Part shown: in pieces, positions 7,210 through 15,136 of the stretch
Layout: each line of letters opens with the position of its first letter
Position numbering within the stretch: position 1 is the first letter of the stretch
Assembly: GCA_031459915.1 (NCBI GenBank)
Contig: JAVKHO010000011.1
Span: 1 to 20,781 of the forward strand
Length of the DNA stretch: 20,781 nucleotides
Direction: 5' to 3'
Source: Candidatus Tepidifontimicrobium thermophilum
Lineage (GTDB): Bacteria; Sysuimicrobiota; Sysuimicrobiia; Sysuimicrobiales; Sysuimicrobiaceae
Program-made: the position numbers and the translations under genes
The notes under the pieces: model-generated
Seen by the model: the letters and a program-made list of their open reading frames with translations, nothing else
Databases searched by the model: none
What the model was told of the DNA's origin: nothing

Positions 7210-7542
7210 ATGAGGGATCCACCACCCCTTACGGTTGGCCCGGAGGGATTCGAAGTGCGCTGGCAACCGGAGCACCGCAAGGCCCTGACGGAAAGTCGCA
7301 CCGCGGCACCAACCGCCCCCAGGGCTCCTGACGACCACCGGCTGGCGGTGCTGCGCGAGCACGAGAGAAGCCGGGCGGAGCGGGAACGGCTCCGTTCCCT
7401 GCTCAGCCTCCACCGGGACGTGCTGGAACAGGTGCGGGACCAGCTGGCCCGGGACCGCACCTACCACCGCCGCGCCTACGAGCAGAACCGCTGGTGGATC
7501 GAGCTCGCGCTGAAGTGGTGGGAGGCCCGTCGGGCGGCCTGA
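7210..7542 (+). CDS. Hypothetical protein, charged and probably helical or coiled-coil
   Basis: ATG-started ORF that fills the gap between genes, with GC3-rich codon usage. The C-terminal half is helical (LREHERSRAERERLRSLL...NRWWIELALKWW). No family recognised and the start is uncertain. Confidence 0.6.
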   Translation: MRDPPPLTVGPEGFEVRWQPEHRKALTESRTAAPTAPRAPDDHRLAVLREHERSRAERERLRSLLSLHRDVLEQVRDQLARDRTYHRRAYEQNRWWIELALKWWEARRAA

Positions 7543-7595
7543 GCACCCCGGCGGGCCGCGGCGTACACTGAGCCCAAACGGCTCAGGAGGGCTTC

Positions 7596-7967
7596 ATGCT
7601 GGATGGCTTGGCGCAAACGCTGAAGCAGCTGGTGGAGCAGCTGGGAGTCCGGGCGGTGTTCGGCCAGCCCGTGCACGCCCACGGCCGGACCTTCGTCCCG
7701 GTGGCCAAGGTGACTTACGGCTTCGGGTTCGGGGGAGGCCGGCGGCAGCGGCACGAGCAGGAGGAACGCGAGGAAGAAGAGCAGGAGCACGACGAGGGTG
7801 GAGGTGCTGGCGCCGCCTTGGTGGCTCGGCCGGTGGCGGTGGTGGAGATCCGCGACGACCGCACCCGCGTCCTGCCCGTGTGGGACGTCAACCGGCTGGT
7901 GCTGGCCGCCCTGGCGGCGGTTGCGTGGACGGTCTTCTGGGTGGTACGGCGGCCGCGACAGGGTTAA
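7596..7967 (+). CDS. YtfJ/GerW family protein with a C-terminal hydrophobic helix
   Basis: VFGQPV...TFVPVAKVTYGFGFGGG...GGGAGA..ARPVAVVEI matches the YtfJ pattern. SD AGGAGG at 7585-7590. Confidence 0.85.
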   Translation: MLDGLAQTLKQLVEQLGVRAVFGQPVHAHGRTFVPVAKVTYGFGFGGGRRQRHEQEEREEEEQEHDEGGGAGAALVARPVAVVEIRDDRTRVLPVWDVNRLVLAALAAVAWTVFWVVRRPRQG

Positions 7968-7982
7968 CGGCGGGATCAGGAC

Positions 7983-10892
7983 TCAGCTCCTCCCCCCGGG
8001 CCCTTGCGCCTTTCCGATCACGTTCAGGAACGCGTCCACCACCGCGGGGTCAAACTGCGTCCCCGCGCACCTCCGGAGCTCCGCCACCGCCTCTTCGTGG
8101 GACCTGGCGGCCCGGTACGGACGCTGGTCCGTCATGGCGGTGTACGCGTCCACCACGGCCAGGATCCTCGCGCCCAGGGGGATCTGCTCGCCCCGCAGGC
8201 CGTCGGGATACCCCGTCCCGTCCCACCGTTCCTGGTGGTGCCGGACGAGTCTCGCCACCCCCGCCAGCCGACGCACCGGCCGGAGGATCTCCTCCCCCAG
8301 GACCGGGTGCCGCCGGATCACCTCCCACTCGTCCGGGGTCAAGGGCCCGGGCTTGCGCAGGACCGCGTCGGGTACCCCCAGCTTCCCGATGTCGTGCAGC
8401 AGCGCGGCCCACCGTACCTCACGGACTTCCGGCGGGGGACAGCCCAGGCGCTCGGCTACCGCCTCCGCCCATCGCGCCATGCGCTCGCTGTGGTCCGCGG
8501 TGTACGTGTCCCGGGCGTCCACCGCCCTCGCCAAGGCCAGCACCGCGTCGATGTACGCCTGCTCTAGTTCCGCGAACGCCGCGGCCCGCGAGAGGGCAGA
8601 AGCTCCGAGCTCTGCCACGGCCCGCAGCACCTGTGTACTCGCGTCGTCGTACGGAGGTTCTTCCGGCCGGCGGGCTACCACCAACCTTCCGACCTGCGTG
8701 CCGGCCGCCACCAGCTCCACCTCTGCTCGGTGCCCCACGCTCGGCCCGGCCTCAAGGGCTCCCGGCCCAGGTAACCGCCTGCCTTCCAGGGGCGCGTACG
8801 CGCCCGTGGTCCGGGCGACTGTCCACCCGGCTCCTGAGGGATCTGCGAGCAACAACGCCCCGTGCACGGAGCTGGTCACGGCCGCCGCGTAGTCCAGCAG
8901 CACCGCCTGAACTTCCTCCGGCGAACTCGTCTCTCGCAGCCGCAGGCCCAACTCGGCCACCGCCTCTAGCTCCGCCGCCCGGCGCCGGAGGCTCAGCTCG
9001 TCTTCGTCCCGGCGAATCGCGGCCCCCAGCAGGGCGGCCACCGCCTGCAGGAAGTGCACGTCGTCCTCGCTGAAGCGCCGCTTCTGCCGGGTGTGGGCGC
9101 CCAGAACCCCCCAGGGGGAGTTTCGCCCCGGCACCACCACGCTCATGCCGCTGCGGACCCCGTGCTCCACGAGCAGGGCGGGGCCGGAAAACCGCCTCTC
9201 GCACGTCAGGTCGTCGACCACCACGGGGCCGTCCCGCAGCAGCGTGTACCCCGCCTGCGAGTCCTGCCCCAGAGGGACCGTGGCCGTCCCCACTAGTCCG
9301 TCCCTCCAGCCTGCTCCGGCCCGCAGCAGCGCGGTGTCGCCCTCCGGCAGGACCTGCAGCACCTTGCACAGCTCCACGCTCAGGGCCTGCGCCACGAGCT
9401 CGGTGGCACTCTGGAGCAGGCTGTCCAAGTCCTCCTGCAAGGCGAGCTGGCCTAAAGCGGCCAGGGCCGCGTGCTGACGGGCACGGATGCGGGCGATCTG
9501 CTCGGCCTCCCACCGTTCCGTCACGTCCCGGAAGTTCACCACGACCCCTCCCACGTCGGCGTCGCGGATGAGGTTCCGGGCCACCAGCTCCACCCACCGC
9601 CAGCTTCCGTCCCGGTGCCGGGCCCGCACCACAGCCTTCAGCTCGGCGGAGTCCTCCAGCAAAGCCCGGGTGGGGCCAGCCCGCAGCCAGTCCCGGTCCG
9701 CGGGGTGGACGAAGGCTGCCGCTGGCCTGCCTACGATCTTTTCCGGTGGATGGCCCAGCACGGCGGTCACCGAAGGGGTCACGTACCGCACGTGGCCGTG
9801 CCGGTCCAACACCACCACCGCCTCCCCGCTGCGCTCCACCAGGGCCCGGAACCACCGCTCGTTGCGCCGCACGGCCTCCTGCAGCCGTACCTCCACCAGG
9901 GCGTGGCTGAGGACGTGACCCACCTCCTCGAGGAAGCGGACGTCCTCCCGTGAGAGGACCCGCGGGGCCAGGGTCTCCACGCTCAGCGTCCCCAGCAACC
10001 GGTCCCGGTCCCGCAGCGGCACCGCCACGACGGACTGCACGCCCGGCACCGAGCCCAGGAAGTCCGGGTCCTGGGTCACGTCCGGTACCAGCTGCACCTT
10101 GCCCGTGCGGGCGGCCCGTCCGTTCACCCCCGCGGCGAGCGGCATCCGGAGTACGGGGCGTTGCTCCGGAGGTACACTGTGGGCCCGCAGGACCAGATCG
10201 TCGCCTTCCAGCAGGAACACGGCCACGCGCTCGTACGCCAGCGTCTGGTGGACCGCGTTCACGGCGGCTTCCAGCAGCGCCGGCTCGCTGCGCTGCGCGT
10301 CAAGGGCGAGGTGCAGGCGGTGCAGCAGCTCCAGTTCTCGCGTCCGCCGCTGGGCGACCTCCCGCTGTCGCGCAGCCTCCACGGCCACCGCGGCCAGCTC
10401 CGCGAAGTACTGCAACAGCCGCAGCTGCCCCGTGTGCACGCGGCGGTGGGGACTCGGGTGAGCCACCGCCAGGACCCCCAGCACGCGGTCGCCGTAGCGC
10501 AGGGGCACTGCCGCTGCGGACCCCGTGACGCCCCGCGGGAAGCTCGAAAGCCGCCCTTCCCAGGCGTCGTAGTCCTCCACCACCACGGGCTCGCCCAGCT
10601 GCCACGCGCGTCCCAGCAGCCCGACCCCTGGCGGCACCCGCGCGCCCCCCCAGGGCCGCAGCGGGTCGGTGACCGCCTCCACCTCCAGCAGGCCTCCTTC
10701 GGCGTCGTACAGGGCCACCGCACCCTGAGGCGCCTCCGCCAGCGCGCACGCCTGCTCCAGGATTCGCTGGAGGACCTCGCGCAGCGGAGCGGGCTGCGTG
10801 AGGGCGACGACGGCCCGGTGCAGCACGGCGAGGTAGCCTTCCGCCGGCAGCGACCCCCATCGCCCTTCGTCCCCGGCACGGGCCTTTGCCAC
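7983..10892 (-). CDS. Multi-sensor HD-GYP cyclic-dinucleotide phosphodiesterase (GAF-GAF-PAS-GAF-degenerate GAF-HD-GYP)
   Basis: GAF motifs (AVPLRYGDRVLGVL, AVPLRDRDRLLGTL, WGVLGAH...FSEDDVHFLQ) and a PAS motif (FVHPADR...RHRDGSWRW). HD-GYP motifs: RDTYTADHS, LLHDIGK, HPVLG, HHQERWDGTGYP, RPYR. GTG start with SD GAGGTG. Confidence 0.93.
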   Translation of the reverse strand: MAKARAGDEGRWGSLPAEGYLAVLHRAVVALTQPAPLREVLQRILEQACALAEAPQGAVALYDAEGGLLEVEAVTDPLRPWGGARVPPGVGLLGRAWQLGEPVVVEDYDAWEGRLSSFPRGVTGSAAAVPLRYGDRVLGVLAVAHPSPHRRVHTGQLRLLQYFAELAAVAVEAARQREVAQRRTRELELLHRLHLALDAQRSEPALLEAAVNAVHQTLAYERVAVFLLEGDDLVLRAHSVPPEQRPVLRMPLAAGVNGRAARTGKVQLVPDVTQDPDFLGSVPGVQSVVAVPLRDRDRLLGTLSVETLAPRVLSREDVRFLEEVGHVLSHALVEVRLQEAVRRNERWFRALVERSGEAVVVLDRHGHVRYVTPSVTAVLGHPPEKIVGRPAAAFVHPADRDWLRAGPTRALLEDSAELKAVVRARHRDGSWRWVELVARNLIRDADVGGVVVNFRDVTERWEAEQIARIRARQHAALAALGQLALQEDLDSLLQSATELVAQALSVELCKVLQVLPEGDTALLRAGAGWRDGLVGTATVPLGQDSQAGYTLLRDGPVVVDDLTCERRFSGPALLVEHGVRSGMSVVVPGRNSPWGVLGAHTRQKRRFSEDDVHFLQAVAALLGAAIRRDEDELSLRRRAAELEAVAELGLRLRETSSPEEVQAVLLDYAAAVTSSVHGALLLADPSGAGWTVARTTGAYAPLEGRRLPGPGALEAGPSVGHRAEVELVAAGTQVGRLVVARRPEEPPYDDASTQVLRAVAELGASALSRAAAFAELEQAYIDAVLALARAVDARDTYTADHSERMARWAEAVAERLGCPPPEVREVRWAALLHDIGKLGVPDAVLRKPGPLTPDEWEVIRRHPVLGEEILRPVRRLAGVARLVRHHQERWDGTGYPDGLRGEQIPLGARILAVVDAYTAMTDQRPYRAARSHEEAVAELRRCAGTQFDPAVVDAFLNVIGKAQGPGGRS

Positions 10893-10916
10893 GGGTCACC
10901 TCGGTTGTCGGGCTCG

Positions 10917-13900
10917 TTATATGGACCGCGACTCCTCGAGCAGTTCCAGGAACGCCCGTACCACCGCCGGGTCGAACTGGGTCCCAGTGTTGCGCTGTAG
11001 CTCGGCCACCGCGTCCGCGTGGCTGCGCGCTACCTTGTACCGCCGGTGATCGGTCATGGCGTTGTACGCGTCCACCACCGCGAGGATGCGGGCGCCGAGG
11101 GGGATCTCCTCACCCTTCAGTCCGTCAGGGTAGCCGGTGCCGTCCCAGCGTTCCCGGTGGTGGCGCACCAGTTTCGCCACCCCGCGGAAGCGCGGCACCG
11201 CCTCCAGGATCTGCTCCCCGATGACGGGGTACCGCTGCAGGAGGGCGAGCTCGTCAGAAGACAGGGGACCGGCCTTCCGGAGGATCTCCTCCGGGATCGC
11301 CACCTTCCCCACGTTGTGCAGCAGTGCCGCCCACCGTACCTCCCTCGCCTCCGCAGGGCTGCAGCCCATGCGCCGGGCCAGCGCTTCCGCCCAGTGGGCC
11401 ACCACCGTCCCGTGGCCGGGCCCGACCCCGTCGTGGGCGTCCATGGCCCGTGCCAGGGAAAGCACCACTTCCGTGTAGGCACGCTCCAAGGCGTCCACCA
11501 CCTTCACACGGTCGAGGACGTCGGAGGCCAGCTGCGCCAGCCCCGCCAGCCGGTCCGTGTCGTGCTCGTCAAACCCGCCGGAAGGCGATCCGGCCCGCCG
11601 GGCCACCGCCAGAGAGCCGAGCACTCGCCCGGACGTGCGTAACGGCACCACGAGAACGGGGCCCAGGTCTGCGGCCTGACTGAAAAAGGGATCCTCGGGG
11701 AGTTGGTCGGACCGGAACACCTCTCCGGTGCCTATGACATGGCCGTGCACGCCTACCAGGGGGAAGCTCATGCCCTCCAGCTCTGCCAGGACCCCACGCG
11801 CCGCCGTCACCGTGTAGGAGTCGCCGTCCGGGTCCAGGACGGCCACGGAGGCGTGGTCGGCGCCCAGCAGCCGGATGCCGTGCTCTGCTGCCCGGGTGGC
11901 GGCTTCCCCCGCGGTCTGCACACCCTGAAGGGCCGCCCCGAACTGGCTCAGGACCTCCAGGTCCGCGGCGCGGCGGGCCAGGGCCTGCTCGGCCTCGCGT
12001 TGGGCGCTCACATCCCTCAGGGACAGCAGCAGCCCAGCCACGCCCGGCTCGTCCAGGCGGTTGGACGCCACGGCCTCGGCCCAAAACGCGCTGGCGTCCC
12101 GACGCAGGAGCCGCACGGTGAACGGGACCACCGCCCCCGCTTCCGCATACACCCGGCTCAAGACCGCGGCGGCCTCCCCGCGGTCCTCCGGGTGCACCAG
12201 CTCCAGCACGGGCCGTCCGACCACGTCGTCGGGCACGCGTCCTAGCAGAGCGGCTGCAGCGGCGTTGGCGTACCGAACGACCCGGCTGCCGTCCACGAGG
12301 ACGGTCCCCGCGGGCGTCGAGTCCAGCACTTTCCGGTACCGCTCCGCCTGCGCCGACCACGCCGCAGCCTGCTCGTGCCAGCGCACGACGGCCGCCAGCT
12401 GGCCCGACACCCGGTCCAGCAATTCCACGTCCGCGGGCGCAAACCCGTGATCCGCAGCGCTTTCCACCGCCAGCACGCAGGGCTTCGGGGTCGGTAGCGG
12501 CACCACCACGCCCTCCGCGCCGTAGCCCACGAAGGCCGGGTCGCCACGGGTCGCGGACACCCTCTGGGTCTGGCCGGTCCGTACCGCTTCGGCCGCGGCG
12601 CCCTCGTGGAGGCCGAAGGTGGCCGCGGGGTGCCGTTCACCGGCCTGGGCCACCCTAGCCCACAGGTCCCCCTCCGCCACGTACACCGCAGCACCGCTGG
12701 CACCCAGAACCTCCACCAAGCCCCGTAGCCAGCGGTCCGCCGCCTCCGGTAGGTCCGGCGCCTCCGCCACTCCAGCAGCCACCTGCCGCTCGCGCCCCAG
12801 CGCCTCCGCGGCCTCCTCCGTCCGCTGCAGGCGCACCCGCACCGAGCCCACCGCCCCTGCCAGGCGGCTCAGCCGCACCACGGGACACGCATCCTCCGCT
12901 GGTTCCGGGTCCTCCCACTCCCACGCCAGGAACAGGACCCCGTTCACGCCGGTAACGCGTACCGGTACCACCAGCGCTTTGCGGAAACGCGTGGCGGTGA
13001 TTCCCAGCAGCCGGGCCTCGTCCGTAGCAGTGTCCAGCCAGACCGCCTCGCCCACCGAAGCCTGCTCGAGGACGCGCTCCCACGCAGGCTCGGACACCGC
13101 GCCCTCGACCCGCCGGACCAGGATGTGCCCCGTCTCGGACTCCCACAGGGCGACCCCGCCGTGTCGGGCTCCTGAAAGCTTCTGTGACTGGTGCAACAGC
13201 CGCTCCCCCAGCGACGTCACGTCCGCGGCGTTCACCACCTCCGCCGCCGCCTGCGCCCACGCCTCCCACCGTGCGCCTTCCCGCTGCGCGGCCTGCAGCC
13301 GCCGCACCGTGTCGGTGACCTCCCACCCCACCAGGACCACGCCGCGGCGGCCCCCGTGCGCGTCGACCTCCGGAGCGGCCTGCCAGCGGTACACCGCCTG
13401 CCCCTCTTCCCTCAGGGGGACTTCCAGCGCGGCGGCTTCACCCAGGTGCCAGGCCCTCCGGGCCAGCTCCTCGAGGGGCGCTACTGCCGGCAGCTCGCCC
13501 AGGACCTTCGGCTCCCGCTCCTCGAGGTCCAGCAGCCGGCGGGCCGAGGCGTTCGCGAAGGTGACTCGCAGCTGATCGTCCAACCGCAGCACGCAGGCGG
13601 GAATGGCCTCCAGGGTATAGCGGTAGGCGGCCTGTTCCGCCGCGGCCACCAGCTCGGTGACGTCCACGGCGCACGCCACCACCCCCACGACCCGGCCGAT
13701 GGCGTGCCGGACCGGACCCACGGTCACCGTGAACACACGGCCCCCGCGCTCGAACCGGTAGCTCTCCACGTTTCCCTGCAGGGCGTGCAGGTGCGCGGCC
13801 AGCGCCGGGTATGCGGGGTCCGTGGTCTGAAAGTAGTCGTACACGCTGGTGCCCAGGACCCGATCCGGTTCCAGCCCGAGGGATCCTGCTGCGGCCCCCC

Positions 13901-14024
13901 CGACGGCCACGAACCGCAGGGCTCCGTCGGTGGCCCAGATGGCCTCGGGCATCTGGTCCACCAGCCACTGGGAGGGAATCCGTCCCTGCACGAACATGCG
14001 GCGCTCCATCCCGTTCTCGCCCAT
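10917..14024 (-). CDS. Multi-sensor HD-GYP domain protein (PAS-PAS-GAF-like-GAF-PAS-GAF-HD-GYP) with a degenerate metal-binding site
   Basis: Several PAS segments (MPEAIWATD, FANASA, YANAAA...LVHPEDR) and GAF segments. The C-terminal domain has LLHNVGK, RYPVIG and HHRERWDGTGYP. Confidence 0.9.
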   Translation of the reverse strand: MGENGMERRMFVQGRIPSQWLVDQMPEAIWATDGALRFVAVGGAAAGSLGLEPDRVLGTSVYDYFQTTDPAYPALAAHLHALQGNVESYRFERGGRVFTVTVGPVRHAIGRVVGVVACAVDVTELVAAAEQAAYRYTLEAIPACVLRLDDQLRVTFANASARRLLDLEEREPKVLGELPAVAPLEELARRAWHLGEAAALEVPLREEGQAVYRWQAAPEVDAHGGRRGVVLVGWEVTDTVRRLQAAQREGARWEAWAQAAAEVVNAADVTSLGERLLHQSQKLSGARHGGVALWESETGHILVRRVEGAVSEPAWERVLEQASVGEAVWLDTATDEARLLGITATRFRKALVVPVRVTGVNGVLFLAWEWEDPEPAEDACPVVRLSRLAGAVGSVRVRLQRTEEAAEALGRERQVAAGVAEAPDLPEAADRWLRGLVEVLGASGAAVYVAEGDLWARVAQAGERHPAATFGLHEGAAAEAVRTGQTQRVSATRGDPAFVGYGAEGVVVPLPTPKPCVLAVESAADHGFAPADVELLDRVSGQLAAVVRWHEQAAAWSAQAERYRKVLDSTPAGTVLVDGSRVVRYANAAAAALLGRVPDDVVGRPVLELVHPEDRGEAAAVLSRVYAEAGAVVPFTVRLLRRDASAFWAEAVASNRLDEPGVAGLLLSLRDVSAQREAEQALARRAADLEVLSQFGAALQGVQTAGEAATRAAEHGIRLLGADHASVAVLDPDGDSYTVTAARGVLAELEGMSFPLVGVHGHVIGTGEVFRSDQLPEDPFFSQAADLGPVLVVPLRTSGRVLGSLAVARRAGSPSGGFDEHDTDRLAGLAQLASDVLDRVKVVDALERAYTEVVLSLARAMDAHDGVGPGHGTVVAHWAEALARRMGCSPAEAREVRWAALLHNVGKVAIPEEILRKAGPLSSDELALLQRYPVIGEQILEAVPRFRGVAKLVRHHRERWDGTGYPDGLKGEEIPLGARILAVVDAYNAMTDHRRYKVARSHADAVAELQRNTGTQFDPAVVRAFLELLEESRSI

Positions 14025-14158
14025 CGTCCCGCACCTACCTGCTTAGTATTCCCACCTGCGGAATCCTCCGACGGAGGGCCAGCAGCAACCCGCGTGCCAC
14101 GACCGGAGAGGTGTGCGAACGCCCGTGCGAAAGTTTCGGGTGTATGATCGGCACGGAC

Positions 14159-15136
14159 ATGGCAGCGACGGTGCGCACGGCACACCCTGCCCTGCGCAAT
14201 CCGGGCACCGCCCTGGACGTGGCCTGGGTGGGCTCGGTGCGCGTGAACCGCCCTGCGGCCGAGCGGCGCGCCCAGTCGCTGCCGGCGCGCCGCAGCGTCA
14301 AGGGTCCGTGGCAGGCGGGCTGGCTGCTGCGGGCCGTGCGCTGTCTGGACCTCACCACCCTGAGCGGCGACGACACCCCAGGTAACGTGCGGCGCTTGGC
14401 CGCCAAGGCCCGACAGCCCGTGCGGCCGGATGTCGTGGAGGGCTACGGACTGGACCCGGAGCAGGTACGCGTGGCCGCGGTCTGTGTGTACCCCAAGCTG
14501 GTCCCCGTGGCGCGCGAGGCGCTGGCCGGCTCAGGGGTACGGGTGGCGTCCGTAGCCGCGGGGTTCCCTGCGGCTCAGACGCCCCTGCGCACCCGCCTGG
14601 CGGAGGTGGAGGAGGCGGTGGCGGCGGGCGCGGACGAAGTGGACGTGGTGATCTCCCGCGCCCACGCGATCCGTGGCGACTGGCTGGCGCTCTACGACGA
14701 GGTACGGGCGCTCCGTGAGGCTGCGGGCGGGGCGCAGCTCAAGACCATCCTGGGGACCGGGGAGCTGCCGACCCTCCGCCACGTGGCCCAGGCGGCGCTG
14801 GTGTGCATGATGGCGGGCGCGGACTTCGTCAAGACCAGCACGGGCAAGGAGGCCCAGAACGCCACCCTGCCGGTGGGTCTGGTCATGGTCCGCCAGGTCC
14901 GCGACTACCACGAGCGCACGGGCTTCCGGGTGGGCTTCAAGCCTGCGGGAGGCATCCGCACCTCCCGGCAGGCGCTGGAGTGGCTGGTGCTGATGCGGGA
15001 GGAACTCGGCGAGGAGTGGGCCCGCCCGGAGACCTTCCGGCTGGGCGCGAGCGGCCTGCTGACGGATATCGAGCGGCAACTGAGCTACCACCTCACGGGC
15101 CGCTACTCCGCGGCCCACCACCACCCCATGCCGTGA
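14159..15136 (+). CDS. deoC: Deoxyribose-phosphate aldolase, long form resembling eukaryotic DERA
   Basis: LDLTTLSGDDT, AAVCVYP, VAAGFP, GADEVDVV, LKTIL, GADFVKTSTGK (Schiff-base Lys), GFKPAGGIR, FRLGASGLL. Start is ATG 14159 or the in-frame ATG 14144. Confidence 0.95.
   Translation: MAATVRTAHPALRNPGTALDVAWVGSVRVNRPAAERRAQSLPARRSVKGPWQAGWLLRAVRCLDLTTLSGDDTPGNVRRLAAKARQPVRPDVVEGYGLDPEQVRVAAVCVYPKLVPVAREALAGSGVRVASVAAGFPAAQTPLRTRLAEVEEAVAAGADEVDVVISRAHAIRGDWLALYDEVRALREAAGGAQLKTILGTGELPTLRHVAQAALVCMMAGADFVKTSTGKEAQNATLPVGLVMVRQVRDYHERTGFRVGFKPAGGIRTSRQALEWLVLMREELGEEWARPETFRLGASGLLTDIERQLSYHLTGRYSAAHHHPMP

Noticed and set aside
7067..7225. N-terminal extension of the multicopper oxidase ORF
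   Set aside because: A strong SD and signal peptide support GTG 7066, and the extension covers the promoter and palindrome.
13811..14143. N-terminal extension of deoC (441 aa in the track)
   Set aside because: Overlaps the divergent HD-GYP gene and its spacer; DERA-like sequence begins near 14159.
14025..14158. Possible c-di-GMP riboswitch on the minus strand upstream of the HD-GYP genes
   Set aside because: Only fragments match (GAAA, GCGGGTTGC); I could not build the two-stem architecture.
14803..15132. N-terminal extension of the ALDH ORF (910 aa in the track)
   Set aside because: Overlaps deoC out of frame; the GTGA overlap at 15133 is the more plausible start.
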